Below, piece after piece: positions 22,083 to 32,195 of a stretch of DNA of 64,000 nucleotides. The stretch is from the NCBI GenBank assembly GCA_963704725.1, contig OY969934.1:2784001-2848000 (forward strand), written 5' to 3'. The notes beneath the pieces were generated by a model. That model was given only the letters and a program-made list of their open reading frames with translations, made no database searches and was not told the origin of the DNA. Position numbers and translations under genes: made by a program. This DNA comes from an uncultured Actinomycetes bacterium. Its GTDB lineage: Bacteria; Actinomycetota; UBA4738; HRBIN12. Numbering within the stretch: the first letter of the stretch is position 1; each line of letters opens with the position of its first letter.

Positions 22083-22362
22083 GCTAGTCCGGCTGGTGAG
22101 CACGGGCGGACGGCAGAATCCCCCGGCGGTGAATGCTGGATCCCCCCGAACGACCGAGGCCGTTCGCCGGCCGGCCGGCCGATCCACTACGCCCTTCGGT
22201 CGAGCATTCTCGGGGACCTCCGGCTGATGAGTTGGGTCCCTCGATGTCGTACTCTCAGCTGGCGGCCGGGTCGGGGGGACGCCGGACGAGAACGCCACGC
22301 GGTCACCCGATTCCCAGAACCGTCATGAGGATGCTGCCACCCATTCCAGACCCGTACTCGCG

Positions 22363-22884
22363 ATGGAGCGGCCGATGAGGATCGGCTCGCGAAACCAACG
22401 CCGTTCGCCGGGACGACCGGATGCCAGCCCTCGTCGGCGGGCTCTCCTCGTGTGCTCGAACGGCGGTCACCTGCTCCAGCTCAAGGCGTTACGGCCGTGG
22501 TGGGACGGGCTGGACCGCGTGTGGGTCACGTTCCGACAGGCCGACGCCGAGACGCTGCTCGCGGGGGAGCGCGTGGTCTGGGCGTTCCACCCAACGCAAC
22601 GGAGCCTCCTCAACCTGTTCCGCAACGCCGGGCTCGCCTGGAACACCCTTCGCCGCGAGCGGCCCGACGTGGTGGTGTCGACCGGGGCCGGCGTCGCGCC
22701 GCCGTTCTTCCTCATCGCGCGCCTGCTCGGGATCCGCACCGTCTACGTGGAGGTCTTCGATCGCATCGACAGTCGGACGCTCAGCGGTCGGTTGTGCTAC
22801 CCGCTGAGCGACCTCTTCCTGCTTCAGTGGGAGGAGCAGCGGGGCTTCTACCCGAAGGGGGAGGTCATCGGTGCCCTCCTCTGA
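22363..22884 (+). CDS. PssD/Cps14F/Alg14-like glycosyltransferase subunit
   Basis: CSNGGHL.QL, PDVVVSTGAGVA, YVEVFDRI...TLSGRL, QWEE. Start may be 22375. Confidence 0.9.
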   Translation: MERPMRIGSRNQRRSPGRPDASPRRRALLVCSNGGHLLQLKALRPWWDGLDRVWVTFRQADAETLLAGERVVWAFHPTQRSLLNLFRNAGLAWNTLRRERPDVVVSTGAGVAPPFFLIARLLGIRTVYVEVFDRIDSRTLSGRLCYPLSDLFLLQWEEQRGFYPKGEVIGALL

Positions 22885-23458
22885 GGCGCCGGGCGGGCCG
22901 ACTCCCAGCCTCTTCGTGACGATCGGCGCGTCCCACTACCCCTTCGATCGCCTCCTGGGCTGGATCGACGCCTGGTTGCGGACGCCCCTGGGCAGGGGCA
23001 TCCCCTGCCTCGCTCAACACGGCACCTCCCCGCCGCCTGCGAGCGCCGAATGTCACCCGTACCTCGGCTTCGAAGCGGTCGAGGCTGCGTTCCGCCGGTC
23101 CGACCTGGTTGTCTGTCACGGTGGACCGGGGACGATCATGCTCGCCCGCCAGTTCGGGCTGAAGCCGATCGTGGTCCCCCGGGTCAAGGCGTACGGCGAG
23201 AGCGTGGACGATCATCAGGTCTCGTTCGCACGGATGATGGCCGCGCGCGGCGACATCGAGCTCGCGGAGACGGAGGCTCGGCTCCGCGAGCTGATGGACG
23301 ATGCCGTCGAGCGGCGCCTCGACCTTCGACTGGCCTCGGCCAACGGCGACGTGCCCGACTCCGTCCGCCGATTCGAGGAGCTCGTGGACGAGCTCCTCCG
23401 CCGCAGGCGTCGTGGGTCGACGGCCGCGACGCAGCGCTCCCCCCGGAGGTCTCGATGA
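22871..23458 (+). CDS. PssE/Cps14G/Alg13-like (GT28 C-terminal) subunit
   Basis: FVTIG..YPFDRL, QHG, VCHGGPGTI, VVPR...GESVDDHQ. Confidence 0.9.
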   Translation: MPSSEAPGGPTPSLFVTIGASHYPFDRLLGWIDAWLRTPLGRGIPCLAQHGTSPPPASAECHPYLGFEAVEAAFRRSDLVVCHGGPGTIMLARQFGLKPIVVPRVKAYGESVDDHQVSFARMMAARGDIELAETEARLRELMDDAVERRLDLRLASANGDVPDSVRRFEELVDELLRRRRRGSTAATQRSPRRSR

Positions 23459-24453
23459 GTCGATCGGCATCGACCTCCGCGGACCGACTGTCCGCGGCCG
23501 ACGGCCCGGCCGGGCCGTTCCGGATCCTGTTCATCGGCGGCTGCGGCCGAAGCGGGAGCACGCTCCTGGACCGGATCCTCGGACAGGTGGACGGACTGTG
23601 GTCGGTTGGCGAGATCGTTCACATCTGGCGACGGGGGGTCGGGGACGATCAGCTGTGTGGGTGCGGGGCGGCGTTCCACGACTGTCCGTTCTGGACGCAG
23701 GTGGGCGATGAGGCGTTCGGCGGATGGGACATGCTCGACGTCGAGGCGATCCTCCGGTTGCAGCAGAAGGTGGACCGTCACCGGTACGTCCCACTCATGA
23801 TCGCTCCGTGGCTGTCCCATTCGTACCGCCGGGACCTCGAACGGTACGCGGGATACCTCGCCCGCCTCTACGGAGCGATCCAGAAGGTGAGCGGAGCGGA
23901 GATGATCGTCGACTCGACCAAGCACGCGTCGTACGCGTTCCTCCTCCGGCACGTACCCGGAGCGGAGCTGCGGATCGTGCATCTCGCTCGCGACCCTCGC
24001 GGGGTGGCGTACTCGTGGACCAAGGAGGTCGCGAAACCCGAGGTGATCGACCATACCGAGTACATGCCCCAATACCATCCGAGCAGGATGGCCGGGCGAT
24101 GGGTCGTGTACAACCTGCTCTTCCACTTCCTCCGGGTGACCGGGACCCGATCGATCTTCGTGCGATACGAGTCGTTCGTCCGGGGGCCACGACGGGAGAC
24201 CGAACGGATCCTGTCCCTCGCCGAGCCGATGCCCGGTCCGGCCGATCTCGGGTTCATCGACGGAGGAGCGGTCGAGCTGCTCCCCACGCATACGGTGGCC
24301 GGCAACCCGATGCGGTTCAAGCAGGGGCGGCTCGCTCTTCGTATCGACGAGGCCTGGCGTACGGCGATGCCCTCCGGCCAGCGCGCGCTCGTCACCGTCC
24401 TCACGTGGCCCCTGATGCGCATCTACGGATATCGCGTCCGGGGAAAGGTGTGA
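23455..24453 (+). CDS. Sulfotransferase
   Basis: FIGGCGRSGSTLL, CGCG..CPFW, IVDSTK, HLARDPRGVAYSW, VRYE, HTVAGNPMRF; paralog of 539-1486. Confidence 0.88.
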   Translation: MSRSASTSADRLSAADGPAGPFRILFIGGCGRSGSTLLDRILGQVDGLWSVGEIVHIWRRGVGDDQLCGCGAAFHDCPFWTQVGDEAFGGWDMLDVEAILRLQQKVDRHRYVPLMIAPWLSHSYRRDLERYAGYLARLYGAIQKVSGAEMIVDSTKHASYAFLLRHVPGAELRIVHLARDPRGVAYSWTKEVAKPEVIDHTEYMPQYHPSRMAGRWVVYNLLFHFLRVTGTRSIFVRYESFVRGPRRETERILSLAEPMPGPADLGFIDGGAVELLPTHTVAGNPMRFKQGRLALRIDEAWRTAMPSGQRALVTVLTWPLMRIYGYRVRGKV

Positions 24454-25388
24454 GCGAGACCGCGCCTCCCTCCCCGGGCACCACGCTCCCTCGGGTGAGC
24501 GTCGTCATCCCAACGCGCGACCGTCCGGAGCTGCTGCGGCGCGCCGTCCGGGCCGTGCTGGATCAGCGGTACCCGGGTCCGATCGAGTGCCTGGTCGCGT
24601 TCGACCAGTGCGAGATCCGGCTTCCCGAGCTCCCTCCCGTCACCGACCGCGTGCTGCGCGGCGTCGTCAACGACCGGACGCCGGGCCTGGCCGGAGCCCG
24701 GAACACCGGCGCGCTCGCCGCCCGAGGCTCGTACCTCGCGTTCTGCGACGACGACGACGAGTGGGATCGTGACAAGCTCGGACTCCAGGTGCCCGCCCTG
24801 ATACGGGCACCCGGTGCCTCCGCAGCGACGAGCGGCATCCTGGTCGTGACCGGCAAGCGAGAGATCCCGCGATTGCCCCCGAACGAGCTCGTGACCCTGG
24901 ACGACCTCACCCGCTCTCGCCGGATGGATGTGCACTCGAGCACGCTCGTTGTCGAGCGGGAGCGCTTCCTGGGCGAGATCGGGATGATCGACGAGGAGAT
25001 CCCCGGCAGCTACGGCGAGGATCTCGACTGGATCCTGCGCGCCGCGGCGGCCGGTCCGCTCGTCTCCGTCCCGCGGCCGCTCGTTCGCGTGTACTGGCAG
25101 ACATCGTTCTTCTCAGGTCGGTGGGAGACCATCGTGCTCGCGCACGAGTACCAGCTCCGCAAGCACCCCGAGCTTTCCCGGAACCCGCGGAACCTGTCGC
25201 GGATGTATGGTCAGATCGCCTTCGCGCATGCCGCGCTCAGCCGCAGACGGCAGGCGCGGAGCTGGGCGAACCGGTCGATCCGGCTCGACTGGCGGCAGCC
25301 TCGAGGGTACCTGGCACACCTCGTCACCATCGGCCTGTCACCGCGCTTCGTGGTCAGGACCCTCAACGCCACCGGCCGGGGGATGTGA
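24450..25388 (+). CDS. Glycosyltransferase family 2
   Basis: VSVVIPTRDR, AGARNTG, AFCDDDD (DxD), GEDLDW. Confidence 0.9.
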   Translation: MSETAPPSPGTTLPRVSVVIPTRDRPELLRRAVRAVLDQRYPGPIECLVAFDQCEIRLPELPPVTDRVLRGVVNDRTPGLAGARNTGALAARGSYLAFCDDDDEWDRDKLGLQVPALIRAPGASAATSGILVVTGKREIPRLPPNELVTLDDLTRSRRMDVHSSTLVVERERFLGEIGMIDEEIPGSYGEDLDWILRAAAAGPLVSVPRPLVRVYWQTSFFSGRWETIVLAHEYQLRKHPELSRNPRNLSRMYGQIAFAHAALSRRRQARSWANRSIRLDWRQPRGYLAHLVTIGLSPRFVVRTLNATGRGM

Positions 25389-25389
25389 C

Positions 25390-26706
25390 GTGCAGGGCAC
25401 CCTCGCCCCCTACCCGGCCGGACCGGCGCTCGGCGTTCGGCGATCACGAGGGTCGTTGCCGGGATGGCCCCTCTTGATCATGTTCGGGTTGTTCCCCGTG
25501 TGGTGGGCGATGGGCCTGAGCGCGTTCATCTGGCCGATCTTCGCCGTGCCGATGGCCCTGAGCCTCTTGCGCCGCAACGTGCGCGTGCCGAGGGGCTTCG
25601 GCATCTGGCTGCTCTTCCTCTTGTGGATGCTGGGCAGCGCCACCCAGCTCGGGGAGGCATCCCGGGGCATCACGTTCGGCTACCGCGTGGGCATCTACCT
25701 GGCCGCTACGACGATCTTCCTGTACGTCTACAACTCCTCGCGAGATTCCCTCCCCGATCACCGCGTGATCCTCGCCGTCGCCATGTTCTGGATGGTCGTA
25801 ACGGCGGGAGGTTTCCTGGGACTGCTCGCGCCGCGATTCGAGTTCCGGAGCCCGGTGGAGGCGATCCTGCCGGGGGGGCTCGCGCACAACGCCTTCCTCC
25901 ACGAGCTCGTACACCCCGCGGCCTCGCAGGTGCAGAACATCTTCGGCTACGACACGGCCCGGCCCAAGGCCCCGTTCGAGTACACGAATGTGTGGGGCGC
26001 CGTGTTCGCCTTGAGCACGCCGTTCGTGATCCTGGCGTGGTCCGTGACGCGGAGCCCGTTGTGGCGCTGGGCCATCCGGCTGTTCCTCGTTGCGGCCGTC
26101 GTGCCGGTCGTCGCGTCGCTCAACCGCGGGCTGTGGCTGAGCCTGGGCCTCGGGCTCGTCTTCGCCGCCGCGCGCATGGCTGCCGCGGGGCGGGTGCGCC
26201 CCCTGTTCGGGCTCATGATCGGATTGGTCATCGCCGTCACGATCGTGTTCGCGTCGCCCCTGCGTGGTCTGATCGAGGCCCGATTCTCGACGTCGCACAG
26301 CGTACGGGGGCGGGAAACCCTGTACTCCGAAGCAACGGAGGGGGCGCTGAAATCTCCGCTCCTCGGATTCGGATCACCACGACCGTCGGAGAGCGACCCG
26401 AGTCTGCCGGAGGTCGGCACGCACGGCCAGCTCTGGTTGGTCATGTACTCCCACGGCTTTCCCGGCCTCGCCCTCTACATCGGGTGGTTCGGCTGGTGCT
26501 TCTGGTTGACGCGGAGGGGGCGGAGCCGCCTGGCCTTCTGGTGCAACGTCGTGGTCTTCATCTCGATCGTTCAGCTCCCGTACTACGCACAACTCCCCGC
26601 GCAGATCCAGGTCACCATGGTCGCCGCGGCGCTCGCGCTCCGAGACATCCAGCGCCCGCTCGAGGAGCCGGAGCCCGCTCTCTCATCGCCATCGGCCACG
26701 CGATGA
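25390..26706 (+). CDS. Wzy-type polysaccharide polymerase / O-antigen ligase family membrane protein
   Basis: ~10-12 TM segments; RPKAPFEYTN, ASLNRG, R..LY......SPLLGFG, GTHG motif of the Wzy_C family. Confidence 0.8.
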   Translation: MQGTLAPYPAGPALGVRRSRGSLPGWPLLIMFGLFPVWWAMGLSAFIWPIFAVPMALSLLRRNVRVPRGFGIWLLFLLWMLGSATQLGEASRGITFGYRVGIYLAATTIFLYVYNSSRDSLPDHRVILAVAMFWMVVTAGGFLGLLAPRFEFRSPVEAILPGGLAHNAFLHELVHPAASQVQNIFGYDTARPKAPFEYTNVWGAVFALSTPFVILAWSVTRSPLWRWAIRLFLVAAVVPVVASLNRGLWLSLGLGLVFAAARMAAAGRVRPLFGLMIGLVIAVTIVFASPLRGLIEARFSTSHSVRGRETLYSEATEGALKSPLLGFGSPRPSESDPSLPEVGTHGQLWLVMYSHGFPGLALYIGWFGWCFWLTRRGRSRLAFWCNVVVFISIVQLPYYAQLPAQIQVTMVAAALALRDIQRPLEEPEPALSSPSATR

Positions 26707-27947
26707 CAGCGATCGGAACCTCACGTGCGCTAGGCTCCGACCTCGAGTGGCTTCGATCCGTTCTGTGGTCGCACGCCGACCTCCGTGTCACCTTCGATGA
26801 GGAGCCGCCGGCCGGCTTCCGCCGCGTCCTCACGTACGGCGCCGTCCCGAGCGCTCGGCGGCCGCGACTGCTCGTTCCGTTGCTTGCACCCGCGGCCCGG
26901 CGCACGGCGTTCTGGCAGTTCAACGACGGGATGACGCAACGAGCGCGGATCTCCAAAGCGGGCGCCGGCCTGGCGGCTCGGTTCGCGGCGCGGGTGCTGG
27001 TGCGGGATCGGATCCACGTCCACGTCTCGGCCATGCGCTCGCGAGAGGAGCTCGCCGGGCTGTTGCCGGAGTCGGGCCTCGCCGCGATCCTTGGTCGTCG
27101 CGAGGTCCCGGTGGCCATCACCTTCGGGTCCCCTCGACCCAACCGGAAGCCGGTCCTGCAGGCGATCGAGCGCGGGGGCGAACCGATCGCCTACATGAAG
27201 GTGGCCTGGAACGAGCTGACCACGGATCTCGTGCGCAACGAGGCCGCGGTCCTGCGGCGCTGGGCGGAGGCCCCGCCTCAGAGGTTCCGCGTGCCATCGC
27301 TCGTCCACGACGGCCTGTGGCTGGAACACGAGATCGTGGTGACGCAGGCGTTCCGGCACCACCTGTGGCGAAGCGGCCCGCTCGATCGGCTGCCCCCGGT
27401 TGAGGTGCTGCAGGAGGTGTCCTGCCCAGGGGGCGTCGCCACACGGCCGCTGTCGTCGCTCGGATCGTGGACGGACATCCAAGACCAGCTTGCCGCACCG
27501 TACGACCGGCCGGGGGAGGAGGCCGTCGCCCTCGCCGGGCGGTTCGAGGCGGAGCACGGCGACACCGAGATCGTCGCCGGCGCGTGGCATGGTGACTGGG
27601 CTCCGTGGAACATGTCGCGGACGCGCACCGGCCTGATCGTGTGGGACTGGGAGCGTGCGCGGTCGGGTGTTCCCGTCGGCCTCGACCTCGCCCACTTCGC
27701 CTATCAGCTCGGCGTGCATCGGTCGGGGCTGGGTCCGGTGGACGCCGCCCGAGGCGCCTGCCGTGCCGACCTGCCCCTCGCCCATCTCGGTGTCGTCGCC
27801 GGATCCTGGCGGGCGATCGTCTGCCTGTATCTGTTCGAGCTCTACCGACGCTACGCGGACGGCGCTCGGGAGGGTGTCGCGGAGGCCGACGCCGGGACGC
27901 GCCGGCAGATCCTGGCGGCGATCGAACGCACGGCGGCCGAGGCGTGA
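26703..27947 (+). CDS. Aminoglycoside-phosphotransferase-like kinase
   Basis: YMKVA, NEA, Brenner motif WHGDWAPWN, VWDWE, GLDLAHF. Confidence 0.75.
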   Translation: MTAIGTSRALGSDLEWLRSVLWSHADLRVTFDEEPPAGFRRVLTYGAVPSARRPRLLVPLLAPAARRTAFWQFNDGMTQRARISKAGAGLAARFAARVLVRDRIHVHVSAMRSREELAGLLPESGLAAILGRREVPVAITFGSPRPNRKPVLQAIERGGEPIAYMKVAWNELTTDLVRNEAAVLRRWAEAPPQRFRVPSLVHDGLWLEHEIVVTQAFRHHLWRSGPLDRLPPVEVLQEVSCPGGVATRPLSSLGSWTDIQDQLAAPYDRPGEEAVALAGRFEAEHGDTEIVAGAWHGDWAPWNMSRTRTGLIVWDWERARSGVPVGLDLAHFAYQLGVHRSGLGPVDAARGACRADLPLAHLGVVAGSWRAIVCLYLFELYRRYADGAREGVAEADAGTRRQILAAIERTAAEA

Positions 27948-28828
27948 GCGTGCGCGCGAAGCTCATCCAGGGCACCCCGAAACCGGTGCGGCGTGCCCTG
28001 AAGACCGTGATCCGCGCCGTCTACGTGATGCCCACCAGCCCGGCCCGGCTGCTGCCGGACTTCCTCATCATCGGTGCGCAGCGATGCGGCACGACGTCGC
28101 TCTACAACTACCTCGGGCAGAACCCTGCCGTCGGACCCCTCGTGCTCGAGAAGGGGGCGCACTACTTCAGCACGAATTACGACAAGAGCCTGGGCTGGTA
28201 TCGATCGCACTTCCCGATGCGGTGGCGGGCCGCCGCGGAGCACCGGCGGGGGCGCCCCTTCGTCACCGGGGAGGGGAGCCCGTACTACGTGTTCCACCCT
28301 CTGGCACCGCAGCGCGTGGCGGAGACCGTCCCCGAAGTGAAGCTCCTGCTGATGCTTCGCGATCCCGTCGAGCGCGCCTACTCGCAGTACCGCCACGAGG
28401 TGGGACGGGGCTTCGAGCACCTCCCGACGTTCGAGGAGGCGATCGACGCCGAGCCGGGACGGCTGGCCGGACAGCGGGAGCGCATCCTCGAGGATCCGGG
28501 TTACCGCAGCTTCGAGCACCAGCACTATTCGTACCTGGCCCGGGGCCGGTACCTGGAGCAGATCCTCGCCTGGCAGGCGCTGTTCCCGCCGGAGCGGATG
28601 CTCATCCTGCGGTCCGAGGACTTCTTCTCGGACCCGGAGTCGAGCTATGCGAAGGTGCTCGTGTTCCTCGGCCTCCCGCCGTGGCGCCCCCGGGCGTTCG
28701 CGCGCTACAACGCCTCGCGTCCCGCGGCGTTGAACCCGCAGACGCGAGAGCGGCTCGAGGGGTACTTCGAGCCCCACAATCGGAGCCTGGCCGAGCACCT
28801 GGGGATCGAGCTTGGCTGGAGCTCCTAG
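27944..28828 (+). CDS. Sulfotransferase, heparan-sulfate-sulfotransferase-like (Sulfotransfer_1)
   Basis: PDFLIIGAQRCGTTSLY, K..HYF, TGEGSPYY, LRDPVERAYS, Y..RGRY.EQ, LRSEDF. Confidence 0.88.
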   Translation: MSVRAKLIQGTPKPVRRALKTVIRAVYVMPTSPARLLPDFLIIGAQRCGTTSLYNYLGQNPAVGPLVLEKGAHYFSTNYDKSLGWYRSHFPMRWRAAAEHRRGRPFVTGEGSPYYVFHPLAPQRVAETVPEVKLLLMLRDPVERAYSQYRHEVGRGFEHLPTFEEAIDAEPGRLAGQRERILEDPGYRSFEHQHYSYLARGRYLEQILAWQALFPPERMLILRSEDFFSDPESSYAKVLVFLGLPPWRPRAFARYNASRPAALNPQTRERLEGYFEPHNRSLAEHLGIELGWSS

Positions 28829-30448
28829 GTGACCGCACAGGACGTCCCGACCCCCGACCGGATCGCCGAGCCCGCGTCGCCCTCGCTCGACGCGGGGCCA
28901 CCCTCCTCGACGCACATCTCATCGATCGCCTCCGGAGGCGCCCTGAATCTCGGCGGCGCGGCGGCCAGCGCGATCCTCAACTTCGCGCTCGTGACGATCC
29001 TGACGAGAGGGCTCGGCGCCGAGGGTGCCGGAGCGTTCTTCGTCGCCCTGGCCCTGTTCAGCCTCCTCACGAACACCCTGGAGCTCGGCGCCGACACCGG
29101 TTTGGTGCGGACGGTCTCGGCATACGTGGCGCTCCGCCGTCATCGCGACCTCCCCCGGGTGATCGCGATCGCGGTCGGGCCGGTTCTCGGCGCAGGGGTC
29201 GCGGCCGCGATCGCGATCTACGTGTTCGCGGAGCCGTTCGCGCGTGTCTTCGCCGGGGGAACTCCGGGCCCGGTCGCGGATCTCGTCCGCGTGTTCGCGT
29301 TCTTCCTGCCCTTCGCCTCCGCATACACCGTCGTTGTGGCGGCCACGAGAGGGTTCGGGACGATGGTGCCGTCCTTCCTGATCGACCGGATCGCTAAGCC
29401 TCTGCTGCAGGTAGTCGTGGTATCGCTCGTCGTGTGGATCGGATGGGACGCCTCCGCGCTTGCGATCGCATGGGCGGGCCCGATCACTCTCGGCTTCGTG
29501 GCCGCTCTGCTGACTACCATTGCCCTGCAACGTCGTGCGACCAGGAACGCGCGCGCGCCGCTCCTGGAGCCGCAGCGACGGTGGGATCTGGCCGGCGATT
29601 TCTGGCGCTTCACGGCTCCTCGCGGCCTGGCCGGCATGTTCCAGGTCGCCGTGGTGTGGATCGACACGCTCCTGATCGGTGCCCTGCGATCCACGCGCGA
29701 GGCTGGGATCTACTCCGCCGCGACGCGGTACATGCTCGTCGGGACGTTCGCGACGGTCGCGATCTCGCAGGTGTTCGGGCCCAAGATGAGCGAGCTCACC
29801 GCGCTCGACGACCACGAGTCTGCGCGTTCCGTCTATCAGAGCACGACGGCCTGGTACGTGGCGCTCACCTGGCCGCTCTACCTGACCTTGGTGATCTTCG
29901 CGCCCGTGCTCGTGTCGATCTTCGGCCGAGGGTTCCTGCCGGGGGCGAGACCGCTGCAGATCCTCGGCCTGACCATGCTCGTCGCGACGGCGTGCGGACC
30001 GGTCGACGTGGTGCTCCTGATGGCGGGGAAGAGCTCGTGGAACCTGCTCAACACGGTGATCGCCCTAGTGCTCAACGTGGGGCTCAACCTCCTCCTGATC
30101 CCCCGGCTCGGCATCTCGGGCGCCGCGATCGCATGGGCGGCCAGCATCCTGTCGAACAACCTCCTGCCGCTCTTCCAGAGCTGGCGGTTCCTGCACCTGC
30201 ACCCGCTGGGGCACGGCCTCCCTCGTGCGGCGCTGGCCGCCTCGGCAACCTACGGAGCGCTGGGACTGGGTGCCCGGATTTGGCTCGGACCCACGATCGC
30301 CGCCTTCGTCGTATCCGCTGTGCTCGCCACGTTCGCCTACGCGGGCCTGCTGTGGCGCTTCCGCGAGACCCTGAACGTCCGGGTGGTGCTGGACGTGTTC
30401 CGTGAGCGACGGAACCGACGGGACCCCGTGACCCCCGCCGACCGCTGA
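28829..30448 (+). CDS. Wzx oligosaccharide flippase (MOP family)
   Basis: ~12-14 TM segments; LTRGLGAEGAG.F, IDTLLIG, AGIYSAA, LNLLLIPRLGISGAAIA. Confidence 0.88.
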   Translation: MTAQDVPTPDRIAEPASPSLDAGPPSSTHISSIASGGALNLGGAAASAILNFALVTILTRGLGAEGAGAFFVALALFSLLTNTLELGADTGLVRTVSAYVALRRHRDLPRVIAIAVGPVLGAGVAAAIAIYVFAEPFARVFAGGTPGPVADLVRVFAFFLPFASAYTVVVAATRGFGTMVPSFLIDRIAKPLLQVVVVSLVVWIGWDASALAIAWAGPITLGFVAALLTTIALQRRATRNARAPLLEPQRRWDLAGDFWRFTAPRGLAGMFQVAVVWIDTLLIGALRSTREAGIYSAATRYMLVGTFATVAISQVFGPKMSELTALDDHESARSVYQSTTAWYVALTWPLYLTLVIFAPVLVSIFGRGFLPGARPLQILGLTMLVATACGPVDVVLLMAGKSSWNLLNTVIALVLNVGLNLLLIPRLGISGAAIAWAASILSNNLLPLFQSWRFLHLHPLGHGLPRAALAASATYGALGLGARIWLGPTIAAFVVSAVLATFAYAGLLWRFRETLNVRVVLDVFRERRNRRDPVTPADR

Positions 30449-30535
30449 GGCGGGTCGCTTGCCCCGACGGCGTCCCCTGCCCTAGGCTGACCGCCGGTCG
30501 GCGGGGAGCGCGACGAGCGTCGAGGGGGTGCTCAG

Positions 30536-32140
30536 GTGGGCAGGCTCACGTCCGGCGAGATCGAGGGAACCGAACCACTCCCCTCCCGGTCGAGCGCCCG
30601 TGAGATGCCCGCCCGTCGCGGACCCGGCCGCCGGGCTCGTGCGTTCGAGATCTCGGTGCTCGTCCGCGCGGCCGTCGGTCTGTCGATGATCGCGGCAATC
30701 GTTGTCGTGCCGGGCCGCGGCGTTGCGGAGGTGCCGGTCCTGTTCGGCTCCTCGGCCGGGCAGCGGGGAGACGAGTCGCCGCGCGATGCCGTCGAACGGC
30801 TGGAGGGGGAGATCGGCCGGCGGCTCGCCGTGGTGCGCGTCTTCAAACGCTGGGACGCCGGGTTCCCGACCGACTACGAACGGTGGCTCCGAAGCACGGG
30901 CCACATGCTCTTCCTCTCGGTGGCGGCCCAGCGCCTCGATGGAAGCAACGTCCCATGGCGCGCGATCGCGAACGCGCAACCCGGTTCGGACCTCTACGAC
31001 CGCATCGTGAGCTGGGCCAATCGTGTGCATGCGTACGGCGCCTCCCTCTACTTCTCATTCGACCCCGAGCCCGAGACGGGCAACCTCGGGACGATGGGCG
31101 GGCCGGCCGACTTCGTGGCCGCTTGGCGGAACGTCGTCTCGATCTTCCGCGACCGAGGAGTCACGAACGCACGGCACGTGGTGACGTTCACCGCGTACAC
31201 GTACGGGCGCACCGACTCCGGTGGCATATCGGCCTGGTACCCGGGTGACGAGTTCGTCGACGCGCTGGGTACCGACGGATACAACTTCTTCGGCTGCAGC
31301 CCCGGGCTGAACGGTTCGTGGCGAGAGTTCGCGCAGATCTTCGAACCGGTCCGGCAGTTCGGCCTTGCGCACCCCTCCAAGCCGATCGTCGTCGGGGAAT
31401 GGGGCTCCGTGGAGGACCCCGGCTCCTCCGGCCGGAAGGCCGAGTGGATCGACGGCGCTCGCGCCACGCTGCAGTCGCCCGGCTGGGAGCAGTTCGATGC
31501 GGCGCTGTACTGGCACTCGCAGACCCCAGGCTGTTCGATCTGGGCCGACACCAGCCAGTCCTCGATCGCCGCGTTCGCGGCGATGGGAACCGATCCCTTC
31601 TTCTACGGAGGAGCACCGCCCACGATCGCCTCGATCGATCCGCCTGCCGGGAGGGTGGGCACGGTCGTCACGATCCACGGTTCGGATCTCGGGAACGTCC
31701 AGGCCGTGACCTTCGACGGGGTGGCGTCGGCGTTCTCCGCGGGAACACCCTCCACGCTCACCGCGACGGTGCCGGCGGGCGCCACGACCGGTCCGATCGA
31801 GGTGGTGACGCAGGCCGGCCGGGCCTCCGGCCCCATCTTCGCGATCGTGCACGGGCGGCACGTGTCGATGACTCTGCGGGAGTCCCCGCCCGCCGCGTCG
31901 GGCGCGATCCGGGTCGAGGACGGGTTCACCGCCTGCATCCAGGAGCGTTCCGTGAAGGTTCAGCGCCGCGTTCCCGGCTCACGGTGGAAGACCGTGGTCA
32001 CCGCCCTCACTCACCCCGACGGGACCTTCCGCGTACATCTGCACCACCGTTCGGGTGCCTACCGCGTTCGGCTCGGCCGCGAGACGCTCGCGTCCGGCGA
32101 CATCTGCGGCCGGTCGAAGTCCCGCATCCGGCACCTCTGA
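30536..32140 (+). CDS. Secreted GH26-like hydrolase with IPT/TIG domain and basic C-terminal beta domain
   Basis: FSFDPEPE, WYPGDEFVDALGTDGYN, VVGEWG; IPT motif PTIASIDP..G..GT.VTIHG..L..V..VTF.G. Start uncertain. Confidence 0.8.
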   Translation: MGRLTSGEIEGTEPLPSRSSAREMPARRGPGRRARAFEISVLVRAAVGLSMIAAIVVVPGRGVAEVPVLFGSSAGQRGDESPRDAVERLEGEIGRRLAVVRVFKRWDAGFPTDYERWLRSTGHMLFLSVAAQRLDGSNVPWRAIANAQPGSDLYDRIVSWANRVHAYGASLYFSFDPEPETGNLGTMGGPADFVAAWRNVVSIFRDRGVTNARHVVTFTAYTYGRTDSGGISAWYPGDEFVDALGTDGYNFFGCSPGLNGSWREFAQIFEPVRQFGLAHPSKPIVVGEWGSVEDPGSSGRKAEWIDGARATLQSPGWEQFDAALYWHSQTPGCSIWADTSQSSIAAFAAMGTDPFFYGGAPPTIASIDPPAGRVGTVVTIHGSDLGNVQAVTFDGVASAFSAGTPSTLTATVPAGATTGPIEVVTQAGRASGPIFAIVHGRHVSMTLRESPPAASGAIRVEDGFTACIQERSVKVQRRVPGSRWKTVVTALTHPDGTFRVHLHHRSGAYRVRLGRETLASGDICGRSKSRIRHL

Positions 32141-32195
32141 CGCGCCCGGACGGAACGCCCCTGCAGACGGGTCCCATCCGGTCTCGCAGCGCTGC

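Noticed and set aside
20990-22330. IS481 insertion as the cause of the neighbouring gene truncation
   Set aside because: The target duplication is intact on both sides and the far flank shows no GH26-like coding sequence.
26703-27947. Antibiotic-resistance aminoglycoside phosphotransferase
   Set aside because: Only the generic kinase fold motifs match; tight coupling inside a wzy/wzx operon argues for a biosynthetic role.
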